From assembly GCA_963725865.1 (NCBI GenBank), contig CAVSAC010000014.1:64001-128000 (forward strand): DNA of 64,000 bases, given 5' to 3'. The notes under the pieces were generated by a model. That model was not told where the DNA came from and made no database searches. It saw only the letters and a program-made list of their open reading frames with translations. The position numbers were made by a program, and so were the translations under genes. This DNA comes from Candidatus Eiseniibacteriota bacterium (GTDB lineage Bacteria > Eisenbacteria > RBG-16-71-46). Below, piece after piece: positions 18,304 to 30,234 of the stretch (position 1 is the stretch's first letter; every line of letters begins with the position of its first letter).

Positions 18304-19626
18304 ATGAGTGAGTTCAAGCGTCGCAAGTTCCTGAAGTCCACGGCCGCCGTGGCGGCGAGCGCCGCGGTCGGTCCGTTCATCTGGGTCAAGGATGCGAGCG
18401 CCCAGTGGAGCAGTGTCCCGGAGAAGGGGGCGAAGCTCCGCGTGTTGCGGTGGAGCCGCTTCGTCCAAGGGGACATCGACCAGTACATGGTCAACGTGAA
18501 GAAGTTCAGCGACAAATACGGCATCGAGGTGCGCGTCGACAGTGAGGGATGGGAAGACGTCCGACCGAAGGCCGCCGTCGCAGCGAACACCGGCGCGGGA
18601 CCCGACATCATTCTCTCGACCAACGACGACGCCAATCTCTATCCGGAGAAGCTCCTCGACGTCACGGACGTCGCCACGTATCTCGGGAAGAAGTACGGGG
18701 GGTGGTACCCGGTATGCGACCCGTACCTCAAGCCGGACGGCAAGAAGTGGATCGGCGTGCCGCTCGGAGTCGCCGGCGTCTGCCTCGTCTACCGCGAGAG
18801 CCACGTCAAGGCGGCCGGGTTCAGTGAGTTCCCGCGCGACACCGACGGATTCCTCAAGGTATGCAAGGCGCTCAAGGAGAAGGGCACGCCATCCGGTTTC
18901 GCGCTCGGCAACGCGACCGGTGACGGCAACACTTGGTGCAACTGGCTCGTGTGGGCATTCGGCGGCAAGCTGGTCGACAAGGACAACAAGGTCGTGATCG
19001 ACAGTCCCGAGACGATCAAGGCGCTCGAGTACGCGAAGGAAATGTACGGGACGTTCGTGCCGGGCACGTTGTCGTGGCTCGACCCCAACAACAACAAGGC
19101 TTTCCTCGATGGGCAGATCTCGCTCACCAACAACGGCATCTCGATCTACTATGCCGCGAAGAATTCGACGGATCCGAAGGTCAAGGAAATGGCGGCGGAC
19201 ATCAACCACGCCAACATGCCGATCGGACCCGTCGGCCACCCGACGGAGTTCCAGCTTTTCTTCAACCAGCTGATCTTCAAGTACACGAAGTACCCGAAGG
19301 CGGCGAAGGAGTTTCTGCGCTTCATGATGGAGGACGAGCAGATCAACCCCTGGGTGCAGGCATCGATCGGCTACGTGACGCCCGCGCTGCAGGCCTACGA
19401 GAAGCATCCGATCTGGACTTCCGATCCGAAGCACACGCCCTACCGCAATTCGATGAAGGCCATGCTGCCGAGCGGCTATGCCGGAAAGATGGGTTACGCG
19501 TCCGCGGGCGCCCTCGCCGACTTCATCGTGGTCAACATGGTGGCGGAGGCGGCATCGGGATCGAAGACCCCAAAGGAAGCGGCCGAGCGGGCGCAGAAGC
19601 GGGCCGAGCGCTATTACAAGGTCTGA
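18304..19626 (+). CDS. ABC transporter substrate-binding protein with Tat signal
   Basis: KRRKFLK twin-arginine motif; 440 aa; GGAGGAG RBS; lies between the ATPase and permeases. Confidence 0.92.
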   Translation: MSEFKRRKFLKSTAAVAASAAVGPFIWVKDASAQWSSVPEKGAKLRVLRWSRFVQGDIDQYMVNVKKFSDKYGIEVRVDSEGWEDVRPKAAVAANTGAGPDIILSTNDDANLYPEKLLDVTDVATYLGKKYGGWYPVCDPYLKPDGKKWIGVPLGVAGVCLVYRESHVKAAGFSEFPRDTDGFLKVCKALKEKGTPSGFALGNATGDGNTWCNWLVWAFGGKLVDKDNKVVIDSPETIKALEYAKEMYGTFVPGTLSWLDPNNNKAFLDGQISLTNNGISIYYAAKNSTDPKVKEMAADINHANMPIGPVGHPTEFQLFFNQLIFKYTKYPKAAKEFLRFMMEDEQINPWVQASIGYVTPALQAYEKHPIWTSDPKHTPYRNSMKAMLPSGYAGKMGYASAGALADFIVVNMVAEAASGSKTPKEAAERAQKRAERYYKV

Positions 19627-19764
19627 CGTTCCATTGCTCGCGGGAGGCCGGCGGCCCTGCCACCGGCCTTGCGCAGCGCGGCGCGCCGGCGCTGTGGCGT
19701 CGAACGACGCCGGTCGGTGCGCCGCACTCCGTGCGCCTGCCCTCGCGTTTCCCTGAGTCGACCC

Positions 19765-20697
19765 ATGCCGTCCGGTATGCCCGCCCACCCTTCAGCGCTC
19801 CGTCGCGCGCTCGAAAGCCGCAACGTCCTCGGGCTCCTGTTCCTGTTGCCCGCGGCGTTCCTGCTCCTGCTGTTCCTTACCTATCCGCTCGGTCTCGGGA
19901 CCTATCTCGGCTTCACTGACACCAAGATCGGCCGCGGCGGCGCGTGGATCGGCATCGAGAATTTCGAGTTCCTTTGGGGCGACGAAGTCACCCGGCTCGC
20001 GCTGTTCAACACGCTCTTCTACACGGGTGTCGCGAGCGTCATCAAGTTCGCGCTCGGGCTCTGGCTCGCGCTGCTGCTCAACAAGCATCTTCCGTTCAAG
20101 GCGTTCTTTCGCGCGGTCGTTCTGCTCCCGTTCATCGTCCCAACTGCCCTGTCGGCGATCGCGTTCTGGTGGATCTACGACTCGCAGTTCTCAATCATCA
20201 GCTGGGCGCTCCTGAAGATGGGCGTCATCCACCGTTACGTCGACTTCCTCGGCGAGCCGTGGCACGCGCGGTTTTCGACGATCGCGGCCAACGTCTGGCG
20301 GGGTGTCCCGTTCGTTGCGATCACGCTGCTTGCCGGGCTGCAGACCATCTCGCCCTCGTTCTACGAGGCGGCGAGCCTCGACGGCGCATCGCCGTGGCAG
20401 CAGTTCCGCTACGTCACGCTGCCGCTGCTGACGCCGATCATCGCCGTGGTGATGACGTTCTCGGTCCTGTTCACGTTCACCGACTTCCAGCTGATCTACG
20501 TGCTCACGAGGGGCGGTCCGCTGAACGCGACGCACCTTATGGCGACGCTTTCGTTCCAGAGGGCCATTCCCGGGGGCAGCCTCGGCGAAGGCGCCGCGAT
20601 CGCGACGGCGATGGTGCCGTTCCTGATCGCCGCGATCCTCGCTTCCTACTTCGGGCTGCAGCGCCGGGCCTGGCAGCAGGGAGGGACGGACACATGA
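19765..20697 (+). CDS. Sugar ABC transporter permease (MalF-like)
   Basis: TM helices; EAA loop YEAASLDGASPWQQFRYVTLP; start could also be 19777. Confidence 0.92.
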   Translation: MPSGMPAHPSALRRALESRNVLGLLFLLPAAFLLLLFLTYPLGLGTYLGFTDTKIGRGGAWIGIENFEFLWGDEVTRLALFNTLFYTGVASVIKFALGLWLALLLNKHLPFKAFFRAVVLLPFIVPTALSAIAFWWIYDSQFSIISWALLKMGVIHRYVDFLGEPWHARFSTIAANVWRGVPFVAITLLAGLQTISPSFYEAASLDGASPWQQFRYVTLPLLTPIIAVVMTFSVLFTFTDFQLIYVLTRGGPLNATHLMATLSFQRAIPGGSLGEGAAIATAMVPFLIAAILASYFGLQRRAWQQGGTDT

Positions 20698-20794
20698 GCG
20701 CCGCAGGGCCGTCCCAAGGCGCTCATTGCTCCCTCGCGGAGGGAGCGCGCGCAGCGCCCAGGGTGCACCAATGAGTGCGGAGGAGCGAGCATGA
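20694..20794. repeat. Palindromic intergenic element between the two permeases (family shared with 30147 and 50966)
   Basis: ATGAGCGCC...GGCGCTCAT and GCTCCCTC/GAGGGAGC hairpins; flanked by ATGAG. Confidence 0.65.
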
Positions 20795-21679
20795 GCGATA
20801 GCGGCGCGATTCCCGAGATCGTCGACTCCCAGGGGATGAACTACCTGGTGTCGCTGCCGCGCCGCGTCGTCACCGTCTACCTGCCGATTTCGGCGTTCCT
20901 GGTGGTCCTGCTCTTTCCTTTCTACTGGATGGTCATCACGACGTTCAAGCCGAACGAGGAGCTGCTTTCACGCGAGGGCAATCCGTTTTGGGTCGTCGAA
21001 TCCGACGCTCGCGCACATCAAGAAGCTATTGTTCGACACCGCCTATCCGGACTGGCTGTGGAACACCGTGCTGATCACCGTGGTGGCGACCGCGCTGTCG
21101 CTGTTCGCGAGCGTACTCGCCGCGTACTCGATCGAGCGCCTGCGCTTCCGAGGTTCGCGTTACGTCGGGATGAGCATCTTTCTCGCGTACCTCGTGCCGC
21201 CGTCGATCCTGTTCATTCCGCTGGCCGCCGTTATCTACAAGCTCGACCTGTTCGACACGCGCCTCGCGCTGATCCTGACGTACCCGACATTCCTGATCCC
21301 GTTCTGCACCTGGCTGCTGATGGGCTACTTCAAGTCGATCCCGTACGAGCTCGAGGAATGCGCTCTGATCGACGGTGCCACCCGCATGCAGATCCTCGTC
21401 AGGATCATCCTCCCGCTCGCGGTTCCGGGCCTCATCTCCGCCGGCATTTTTGCGTTCACGTTGTCCTGGAACGAATTCATCTATGCGTTGACATTCATCT
21501 CCTCGTCCGAGATGAAAACGGTGCCGGTCGCCGTCGTGACGGAGCTCGTCGAGGGCGACGTGTATCACTGGGGCTCGCTGATGGCGGGAGCGCTGCTCGG
21601 TTCGCTCCCGGTGGCAGTGCTCTATTCGTTCTTCGTCGAGTACTACGTGTCGGGCCTGACGGGCGCCGTCAAGGAGTGA
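20791..21679 (+). CDS. Sugar ABC transporter permease (MalG-like), frameshift near 21000
   Basis: [14 protein letters not shown] then [14 protein letters not shown] motif and FTLSWNEF. Confidence 0.9.
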
Positions 21680-21741
21680 ATGCGCCGGCCCGCGATGCGA
21701 TAGAATGCGAGCCTCCCGTCCCACGAAGCACGGAGTCACCC

Positions 21742-22059
21742 ATGAGCATCCAGGACAAGATTCGCGAGCAGGTCACCTCGAACCGGGTCGTGCTGTACAT
21801 GAAGGGCACGCCGCAGTTCCCGCAGTGCGGATTCTCGGCGACCACGGTGGAGATCCTCAAGCGCTGCGGGGTCACCGACTATCAGACGGTCGACGTCCTG
21901 CAGGATCCCGAGATCCGTCAGGGGATCAAGGAATACGCGAACTGGCCGACGATTCCGCAGCTCTACGTCAACGGCGAGTTCGTCGGCGGCTGCGACATCC
22001 TGAAGGAGATGTACCAGTCCGGCGAGCTGCAGCAGCTCCTCGCCAAGCAGCCGGTCTGA
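21742..22059 (+). CDS. grxD: Monothiol glutaredoxin Grx4
   Basis: [25 protein letters not shown]. Confidence 0.96.
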   Translation: MSIQDKIREQVTSNRVVLYMKGTPQFPQCGFSATTVEILKRCGVTDYQTVDVLQDPEIRQGIKEYANWPTIPQLYVNGEFVGGCDILKEMYQSGELQQLLAKQPV

Positions 22060-22106
22060 AGCGCGGCGCGACGGTCGCCGTGACCGGGCGTCGCCGGCTG
22101 CGATCG

Positions 22107-23818
22107 GTGAATCGATACGTGCGAGGCCTGGCGCGGGCGCTGCGTCGCCACGGTCGCTTGCATTCGCGCTCGCGGCGGGCGCCGCCACCGCCGATGACGG
22201 CGCGGCGCGTGGCGCACGCGCCCGGCGCCGGTGCGGCGAAGCCGGGGTCGGCCGGCGATCGGGCGCCACGCCGAGCCGCGGCCCGAAGACGCTGTCGTCG
22301 TCTTCAACCGGCGGATCGTGACGTTCCGCGCGCCGTTCCTCGGCGTATCGGCGCGCGAACGCGCCATTGCCGCGCACGACCGCATCGTCACCGTGCTCGA
22401 GCGTGGCGGCCCCGGCAAGGTCTCGGTCGAGAAGCTGGAGCCGGGCGACGCGATCAAGATCGACGGCGCGCTGGCATTCGTGCTGACGCAGGACGACGTC
22501 GATCCGGCTGGCCGGCGAGACCTTCGACTCGCTCGAAGCCGACACGCTGCGGGTACTCGAGCAGACGATCGCCGAGACGCGCGAGGCGCGCAGCGGGCGG
22601 CTGATGCTCGCCGCGGCGCTGTGGGCCGCGGGCGCGACCGTGTTCTACCTGCTGCTGCTGTGGGTGCTGCGCCGCGTCAGCCGCGCGGTGACCACCCGCA
22701 TGGTGCAGGTCGCCGATACGACCGCCGGCCATCTGAAGATCGGCGGCTCGGAAATTCTGCAGCGCGAGCGCGCCCGGCGCGTCGTGCGGCGACTGCTGCA
22801 GATCGGCTTCTGGGCGTTCGTGCTGCTCTTCACCTACGAATGGATCGGCTACGTCCTCGGCCGCTTCCCGTACACGCGCCCCTGGGGAGAGCAGCTCAAC
22901 GGCTTTCTCGTGAACACGATCGTCGACGTGCTGACGTCGGTGGCGACGTCGATGCCGGACCTCTGATCGCCGTGGTGATCTTCTTCGCGGCGCAGGGCGT
23001 CACGGGGGTGGTGAAGAACTTCTTCGACGGCGTGCAGACCGGACGCGTCCGCGTCACCTGGATCGACGCCGACAGCGCGCGGCCGACGCGCCGGCTCGTG
23101 GCGATCGCCATCTGGGTGTTCGCGGCGGCCATGGCCTACCCGTACATTCCAGGGTCGGGAACCGATGCGTTCAAGGGCCTGTCGGTGCTGGTCGGGCTGA
23201 TGGTGTCGATCGGCGCGTCCGGCATCGTCGGCCAGGCGGCGAGCGGGCTCATCCTGATGTACACGCGCACGTTTCGCCCGGGCGAGTACGTGCGCATCGG
23301 CGACCACGAAGGCACGATCGTCGAGATGGGGATGTTCACGACGCGCGTGCGCACCGGCCTGGGCGAGGAGCTCACGCTGCCGAACTCGCTCGTGCTGTGG
23401 CTCCGTGACGAAGAACTACTCGCGCGCCGTCAGGGGCACGGGCTTCGTCGTCGACACCACGGTGACGATCGGCTACGACGCGCCGTGGCGGCAGGTGCAC
23501 GCGATGCTGATCGAGGCCGCGCACGCGCACGCAGGGCGTGCTGGCCGAACCGGCGCCGCGCGTGTTCCAGACCGCGCTGTCCGACTTCTACGTCGAGTAC
23601 CGTCTCGTCTGCCAGGCGCTGCGACCGAGCCGCGGCCGCGCGCCGAAGTGCTGTCGGCCCTGCACGCCAACGTGCAGGACGTGTTCAACGAGCACGGCGT
23701 GCAGATCATGTCGCCGCACTACCTTGGCGATCCCGCGCAGGCGAAGGTCGTGCCGAAGGCGAGGTGGTACGCGGCGCCGGCGGCGGCGCAACCAGGGAAG
23801 CCGCCATGGAAACCCTGA
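22107..23818 (+). CDS. MscS-family mechanosensitive channel, several frameshifts
   Basis: AYPYIPGSGTDAFKGLSV...RTFRPGEYVRIGDHEG...; TIGYDAPWRQV; FNEHGVQIMSPHY. Confidence 0.85.
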
Positions 23819-25014
23819 AGACGAGCACCGACACGCTGTTCATCCTGCTGGGCGCCGTCATGGTGCTCGCGATGCACGCCGGCTTCGCGTTCCTCGAGCT
23901 CGGCACGGTGCGCAAGAAGAACCAGGTGAACGCGCTGGTGAAGATCATCGTCGACTTCGCGGTGTCGACGATCGCCTATTTCTTCATCGGCTACGCGATC
24001 GCCTACGGCGTCAACTTCTTCACCGGCGCCGAAACGCTGGCCGCAGAAGAGCGGCTACGAGCTCGTGAAGTTCTTCTTCCTGCTGACGTTCGCCGCGGCC
24101 ATCCCGGCCATCGTCTCCGGCGGCATCGCCGAGCGCGCGCGCTTCAATCCGCAGCTCGCGGCGACCTTCCTGCTGGTCGGTTTCGTCTACCCGTTCTTCG
24201 AGGGCATCGCCTGGAACCGGCACTTCGGCGTGCAGGCCTGGCTCAAGGCCGCGTTCGGCGCGGAGTTCCACGACTTCGCCGGCAGCGTCGTCGTGCACGC
24301 GGTCGGCGGCTGGATCGGCCTCGTCGCGGTGCTGCTGCTCGGCGCGCGGCGCGGCCGCTACTACGAAGGAGGGCGGCATCTCCGCGCATCCGCCGTCGTC
24401 GATTCCGTTCCTCGCGCTCGGCGCGTGGATTCTGTCGGTCGGCTGGTTCGGCTTCAACGTGATGAGCGCGCAGACGATCGACAAGATCTCGGGGCTCGTC
24501 GCGGTGAACTCGCTGCTCGCGATGGCCGGCGGCACGATCGCGGCGCTCGTCGCCGGCCGCAACGACCCGGGCTTCGTCCACAACGGGCCGCTCGCCGGGC
24601 TGGTCGCGATCTGCGCGGGCTCGGACGTCATGCATCCGCTGGGCGCGCTCGCGACCGGCGCGGTCGCCGGGGCGCTGTTCGTCGTGCATGTTCACGCTGA
24701 CGCAGAACCGCTGGAAGATCGACGACGTGCTCGGCGTCTGGCCGCTGCACGGCGCTGTGCGGCGCGTGGGGCGGCCTCGCCGCGGGCATCTTCGGAACGA
24801 AGGCGCTGGGCGGACTCGGCGGCGTCGCGTTCGGGTCGCAGCTGCTCGGCACGCTGCTCGGCGTGGCGGTCGCGGTGGCCGGCGCGATCGATCGTCTACG
24901 GCGTGCTGAAGAGGACGATCGGGCCTGCGGCTCGATCCCGAAGAGGAGTTCAACGGCGCCGACCTCACGATCCACAAGATCAGCGCGACGGCGGAGCGCG
25001 AAACGTCGTGGTGA
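23806..25014 (+). CDS. amt: Ammonium transporter (Amt), frameshifted
   Basis: MHAGFAFLELG; SGGIAER; HDFAGSVVVH; GWFGFN; IDDVLGVWPLHG (twin His present). Confidence 0.92.
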
Positions 25015-25026
25015 ACCGGAACTTCG

Positions 25027-27169
25027 CTAGGTGCGCGCCCGCTGGACGCGCCGCACTTCCGCGACGCGCTTCATGCCTCGCATCACGTGCGCCAGGTGAC
25101 GCCGGTCGCGCACCTGCACGCTGAAGAACATCGCGATGAGCCCGCCGCCGTCGGGCCGCTCCATCGACACGTTGTCGATGTTCGCCCCGGCATCGGCGAT
25201 CGCGGTCGCGAGGTCGGCGAGCAGTCCGCGCCGGTCGGCGACCAGCAGGCGGATGCCGGCGTCGAACACGCCCTCGACGTCCTGCGCCCACTCGACGTCG
25301 ACGAGCTGCTCGGTGTCGCCGCGCTGCTTCTTGAGCGTGATGCAATCGCGGGTGTGCACGGACAAGTCCCTGGCCGCGGCGGAACTGGCCGACGACCTTG
25401 TCGCCGGGGATCGGCCGGCAGCACTTCGCGTACTGGATCGCCACGCCCTCGACGCCGCGCAGCGTCAGCGCCGACGGCTTGGTGAGCGCGGCGGACGCCG
25501 CGGCGCCGGCGCCGTCGGCGGCTTTTCCGGCGGGCCGCGTCAGCGCCTGCGCCACGACGAACGAAAGGCGCTTGCCGAGCCCGATGTCGGCGAGGATGTC
25601 GAGCTGGCTCTTCGCGCCGAATTCCTTCTGCAGCGCTTCCCAGCGTTCCCAGGTGATCGTCTCCGGCGCGACCTTGAGCGTGGCGAGCGCCTGGTCGAGC
25701 AGCCGCTCGCCGAGCGCGGCCGATTCCTTCTGCTGCAGCCCCTTGAGGAAATGCCGGATCCGCGAGCGCGCCTTGCCGGTCGCCACGAACGACAGCCATG
25801 ACGGATTGGGCCGCGCCGTCGGCGACGTGAGGATCTCGACGTGGTCGCCGTTCTTGAGCTCGGTGCGCAGCGGCATCAGCTCGTAGTTGATGCGCGCGGC
25901 GACGCAGTGGTGGCCGACGTCGGTGTGCACGGCATAGGCGAAATCCACGGCCGTCGCGCCGCGCGGCAGCGCCATGATCTTGCCCTTCGGCGTGAACACG
26001 TAGATCTCGTCCGGGAAGAGGTCGCCCTTGATGTTCTCGAGAAACTCCTTCGAGTCGCGCGACTCCGACTGGATCTCGAGCAGGCTCTGCAGCCAGCGGT
26101 GCGTTTCGCGCTGCGCCTGCGCGAGGTCGAGCTCGCCGCCCTGCTTGTACAGCCAGTGCGCGGCCACGCCGGCCTCGGCGATCCGGTGCATGTCGTGGGT
26201 GCGGATCTGCGCCTCGAGCGGCGTGCCGAACGGTCCGAACAGCGTCGTGTGCAGCGACTGGTAGCCGTTGGCCTTCGGGATCGCGATGTAATCCTTGAAC
26301 TTGCCCGGGATCGGCTTGTACATGCCGTGCAGCGCGCCCAGCGCGGCGTAGCAGGTGGTCGCGTCGGGCACCAGCACGCGCACGCCGTAGATGTCGAAGA
26401 CCTGCGAGAACGTGTAGTGCTTCTCGCCCATCTTCTTGTAGACGGAGTAGATCGTCTTCTCGCGTCCCGAGACGACGGCCGTGATGCCCGCCTTGGCGAA
26501 GCCGTCGCGGATGACGTCGAGCAGCCGGTTCATCACTTCGCGCCGATTGCCGCGCGCCGCCTTGATCGCGTTGGCGAGGATCCGGAAGCGCATCGGGTAC
26601 AGGTGCTTGAACGCGAGGTCCTGCAGCTCGAGGTAGAGCGCGTTGAGGCCGAGCCGGTTCGCGATCGGCGCGTAGATGTCGAGCGTCTCGCGCGCGATCC
26701 GGCGACGGTGCGGCGGCGCCATCGCGTCCAGCGTGCGCATGTTGTGGAGCCGGTCGGCGAGCTTGATCAGGATGACGCGGACGTCCTGCGCCATCGCGAG
26801 CAGCATCTTGCGGAAGCTCTCGGCCTGCGCGTCCTCGCGCGACGTGAACTCGATCTGGTCGAGCTTGGACACGCCATCGACCATGTCGGCGACCGGCTTG
26901 CCGAAGGAAGTCTCGATCTCCGACTTCGTGATCGCCGTGTCTTCCATCACGTCGTGCAGCAGCGCGGCGGCGAGACCCTGGGCGTCGAGCCGCCATTGCG
27001 ACAGGATGCTGGCGACCGCCAGCGGGTGCGTGATGTAGGGCTCTCCGGACTTGCGGAACTGGCCGCGATGCGCGGAGTCGGAGAACTGGAACGCGCGCTC
27101 GACGAGCGCGATGTCAGGCAGCGGCAGGTAGTTGCCGAGGTGTCGGGTGAACTCCGCTATTTCGGGCAT
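25027..27169 (-). CDS. spoT: Bifunctional (p)ppGpp synthetase/hydrolase, frameshift near 25365
   Basis: HD domain (ALLHDVMED); KANGYQSLHT; TGS and ACT domains; downstream of rpoZ. Confidence 0.96.
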
Positions 27170-27195
27170 GCTTCATTGCCGCCAAATGCGCCGCG

Positions 27196-27402
27196 TCAGA
27201 CGGGCGCCTTCAGCAGCATTTCGATGCCGACCTTGCCCGCGGCGATCTCGCGCAGCGCGACGACGGTCGGCTTGTCGCGGTCGACGTCGACCAGCGGCGA
27301 GCTGCCGGCGGAGATCTGCCGCGCGCGATTGGTCGCCGCGAGCGTCAGCTCGAACCGGTTGGGAATCTTTTCGAGACAATCTTCGATGGTGATGCGGGCC
27401 AT
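27196..27402 (-). CDS. rpoZ: RNA polymerase omega subunit
   Basis: [30 protein letters not shown]...[11 protein letters not shown]. Confidence 0.97.
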   Translation of the reverse strand: MARITIEDCLEKIPNRFELTLAATNRARQISAGSSPLVDVDRDKPTVVALREIAAGKVGIEMLLKAPV

Positions 27403-27418
27403 GAAGTCCTCGTGGAGG

Positions 27419-28071
27419 TCAGTGTTCGATGAGGCGCTGCAGGAGGTGCGCGTGGCGCACCGCTTGCCGCGGCGCGGTGAGGCGCGCGGCGCGAACGATT
27501 GCGCACAGGTCGTCGACCGCTCTTGCAAAGTCCTGATTCATAATAACATAATCGAACTCGGTGCAGTGTCGCATCTCTTCGCGCGCCGCCTCGAGCCGAC
27601 GCAGGATGACGTCGGGCGAATCCTGCCCGCGTTTCTCCAGCCGCTCCTTCAGCGACGCGAGCGACGGTGGGAGGATGAAGATGTGCACGGCGTCGGGCAT
27701 CAGGCGGCGCACCTGCGCCGCGCCCTGCCAGTCGATCTCGAGCAGCACGTCGTGGCCGTGCGCGACCTGATCGCGGAGCCAGGTGGCCGACGTCGCGTAC
27801 CAGTGCCCGTGCACGAACGCGTGCTCGAGGAACTCGCCGCTCGCCTTCAGCGCGAGAAAGCGCGGCTCGTCGACGAAGTGGTAGTGGACGCCCGTCGGTC
27901 TCGCCGGGACGCGCGGCGCGCGTCGTGTACGACACCGAAAGGCGAATTCCCGGCTCGCGCTCGAGCAGCGCGGCGACGAGGCTCGGTCTTGCCGCCGCCG
28001 GAGGGCGCGGCGAGGACGAACAGGCATCCGGATGCCGGCGGGGCCCGGGTCGGCCCGACGTTGGCGCTCAT
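27419..28071 (-). CDS. gmk: Guanylate kinase, frameshifted
   Basis: [32 protein letters not shown]. Confidence 0.95.
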
Positions 28072-28174
28072 TCCCGCGACCTCTTCGTACGGTCGACGTG
28101 CATGTCAGGTCGCGTGTCGGCCGCCTCGATCGTTCGGGGACGCGCCCTTCGGGCCTTGGCTTCGCCCACCTCAC

Positions 28175-29044
28175 TCATTCGAGATTCTGCACCTGCTCGC
28201 GCATCTGCTCGATCAGCACCTTGATCTCGAGCGACGCCTGCGAGAGCTCCGCGTCCACCGACTTCGAACCCAGCGTGTTCGCCTCGCGGTGCAGCTCCTG
28301 CATCAGGAAATCGAGCCGCTTGCCCGCGCTGCCGCCGGCCGCCAGCACGCGCCGCACTTCGGCGACGTGGGTCGACAGCCGCGACAGCTCCTCGGCGACG
28401 TCGACCTTGGTGGCGAAGAGCGCGAGCTCCTGCTTCAGGCGGTCCTGGTCGGGATCGAGCCCGGCTTCGCGCAGGCGCGCGGCGAGCTTTTCGACGTAGG
28501 CCGCGTGGATCGCCGGGATCGCGCGGCGCGACGCGCGCGACCTGCGCTTCGATCGCCGCGCAGCGCTCGACGAGCGTCGCGACGAGCTTCACCCCTTCGC
28601 GCAACCGCGACGCGCCGAGCTCCGCGAGCGCCTGGGCGACGAGCCTGCGCGCGTGCGCGGCGAGCTCGTCGGGCGGTACCGTCGGCTCGGCGATCACCCC
28701 GGGCCAGCGCAGGATCTCGCCTATCGACAGCGGCCGCGCACCGGGAGCGATCTTGATCGCGTCCGCCGCCGCCTTCGCGAGCTGCCGCGACGCGCGTGGC
28801 GTCGACGGCGAGACCGGCGGCGCCGGCGGCGGTGCGATTGAGCGAGACGCGGCATTCGACCTTGCCGCGCTTCAACTCCGCGACCAGCTGTTCGCGCAGC
28901 GCGGATTCGAGGCCGCGCAAGCTCGTCGGGGAGGCGGACCTGGAGGTCGAGATAGCGGTGGTTGACGGAGCGCAGCTCGACGGCGAGCGCAACGCCGGGC
29001 AGCTCCGCGGCAACTGCCGCGAATCCGGTCATGCTGAGGATCAT
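28175..29044 (-). CDS. yicC: YicC/YloC family endoribonuclease, frameshifted
   Basis: MILSMTGF...ELRSVNHRYLD; GKRLDFLMQELHREANTLGSKS...EQMREQVQNLE. Confidence 0.94.
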
Positions 29045-29206
29045 CGGCAAAACCGGCCGTATTTTGACAACTTTTCCAGCTTTACTTTGGGCGCGTTCAT
29101 ACGGAGAATGTATGCGTTATACGCCGGAGGCGCAAGCGCGCGAAGGTCGTTTGGCATGCGAATTGCAACCCGTTTGCGCGATTAGCGTCCTCCACTCCCT
29201 GCGCCC

Positions 29207-30145
29207 ATGCCCGTCACCAACCAAGCCCTCTCCGGCGGGTATCAGCTGCTCAACTATCGGATCGACCGGCAGATCAGCCGCGGCGGATTCTCGATCGTCT
29301 ATCGGGCATTCGACGAGACCGGCGTGCCGGTCGCGATCAAGGAGTACCTGCCGTCGTCGCTTGTGCTCCGCACCGAAGGCGACATCGTCCGCGCGACGTC
29401 GGCCGAGAACATGGCCTCGTTCCGGTACGGGATGAAGTGCTTCTTCGAGGAGGGCCGCGCGCTGGCGAAGATCACGCACCCGAACGTTGTGCGCGTGCTC
29501 AATTTCTTCCGCGCCAACGAGACCGTGTACATGGTGATGCGCTACGAACGCGGCCGCACGCTGCAGCAGCAGATCCAGATGCGACAGGACCAGATGTCGG
29601 AGCGCCTGGTGCGCCACGTCTTCATGCACCTCCTGAACGGCTTGCGCGAGGTGCACACGCACAAGCTGCTGCACCTAGACATCAAGCCGGCCAACATCTA
29701 CCTGCGGACCGACGGCAGCCCGGTGCTCCTCGACTTCGGTGCCGCGCGCCAGACGCTCACGACGCGCCGCCCCAAGCTCGCGCCGATGTACACACCGGGC
29801 TTCGCTGCGCCCGAGCAATACCGGGATCCCGACCGGCTGGGGCCGTGGACGGACGTGTACGGCGTGGGGGCGAGCATGTTCGCGTGCCTCGCCGCGTTCG
29901 CGCCGCAGGCGGCCGACGCGAGGCAGCAGGAAGACCATCTCGTCTCGGCCAAGAAGATCTGGGCAGGCCAGTATTCCGACAACGTGCTCGAGGTGATCGA
30001 TTGGTGCCTGCGCCTCGACCCCCTCGAACGTCCGCAATCGGTGTTCGCGCTGCAGAAGGCGATCCGCGACATTCCGCCGAAAAAGCCCAAGGTCGGCTTC
30101 TTCGGCAACCTGAAGCGGAAGCTCTTCACCGAAATCGGTGCGTAG
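29207..30145 (+). CDS. Ser/Thr protein kinase (Hanks type)
   Basis: GGFSIVY; VAIKE; HLDIKPANI; DFG; APE. Confidence 0.95.
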   Translation: MPVTNQALSGGYQLLNYRIDRQISRGGFSIVYRAFDETGVPVAIKEYLPSSLVLRTEGDIVRATSAENMASFRYGMKCFFEEGRALAKITHPNVVRVLNFFRANETVYMVMRYERGRTLQQQIQMRQDQMSERLVRHVFMHLLNGLREVHTHKLLHLDIKPANIYLRTDGSPVLLDFGAARQTLTTRRPKLAPMYTPGFAAPEQYRDPDRLGPWTDVYGVGASMFACLAAFAPQAADARQQEDHLVSAKKIWAGQYSDNVLEVIDWCLRLDPLERPQSVFALQKAIRDIPPKKPKVGFFGNLKRKLFTEIGA

Positions 30146-30146
30146 C

Positions 30147-30231
30147 ATGAACGGCCCCCCCACGCTCACTGCGTTCGCCGCCCCCCAAGGGGGGCAGTCA
30201 GTGCCCTTCGGGCGGCCGGGCGGGCACTGAC
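30147..30231. repeat. Palindromic intergenic element between kinase and phosphatase
   Basis: CCCACGCTCACTGCGTTCGC + CCCCCC/GGGGGG hairpin + GTCAGTGCCC...GGGCACTGAC hairpin. Confidence 0.7.
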
Positions 30232-30234
30232 GCG

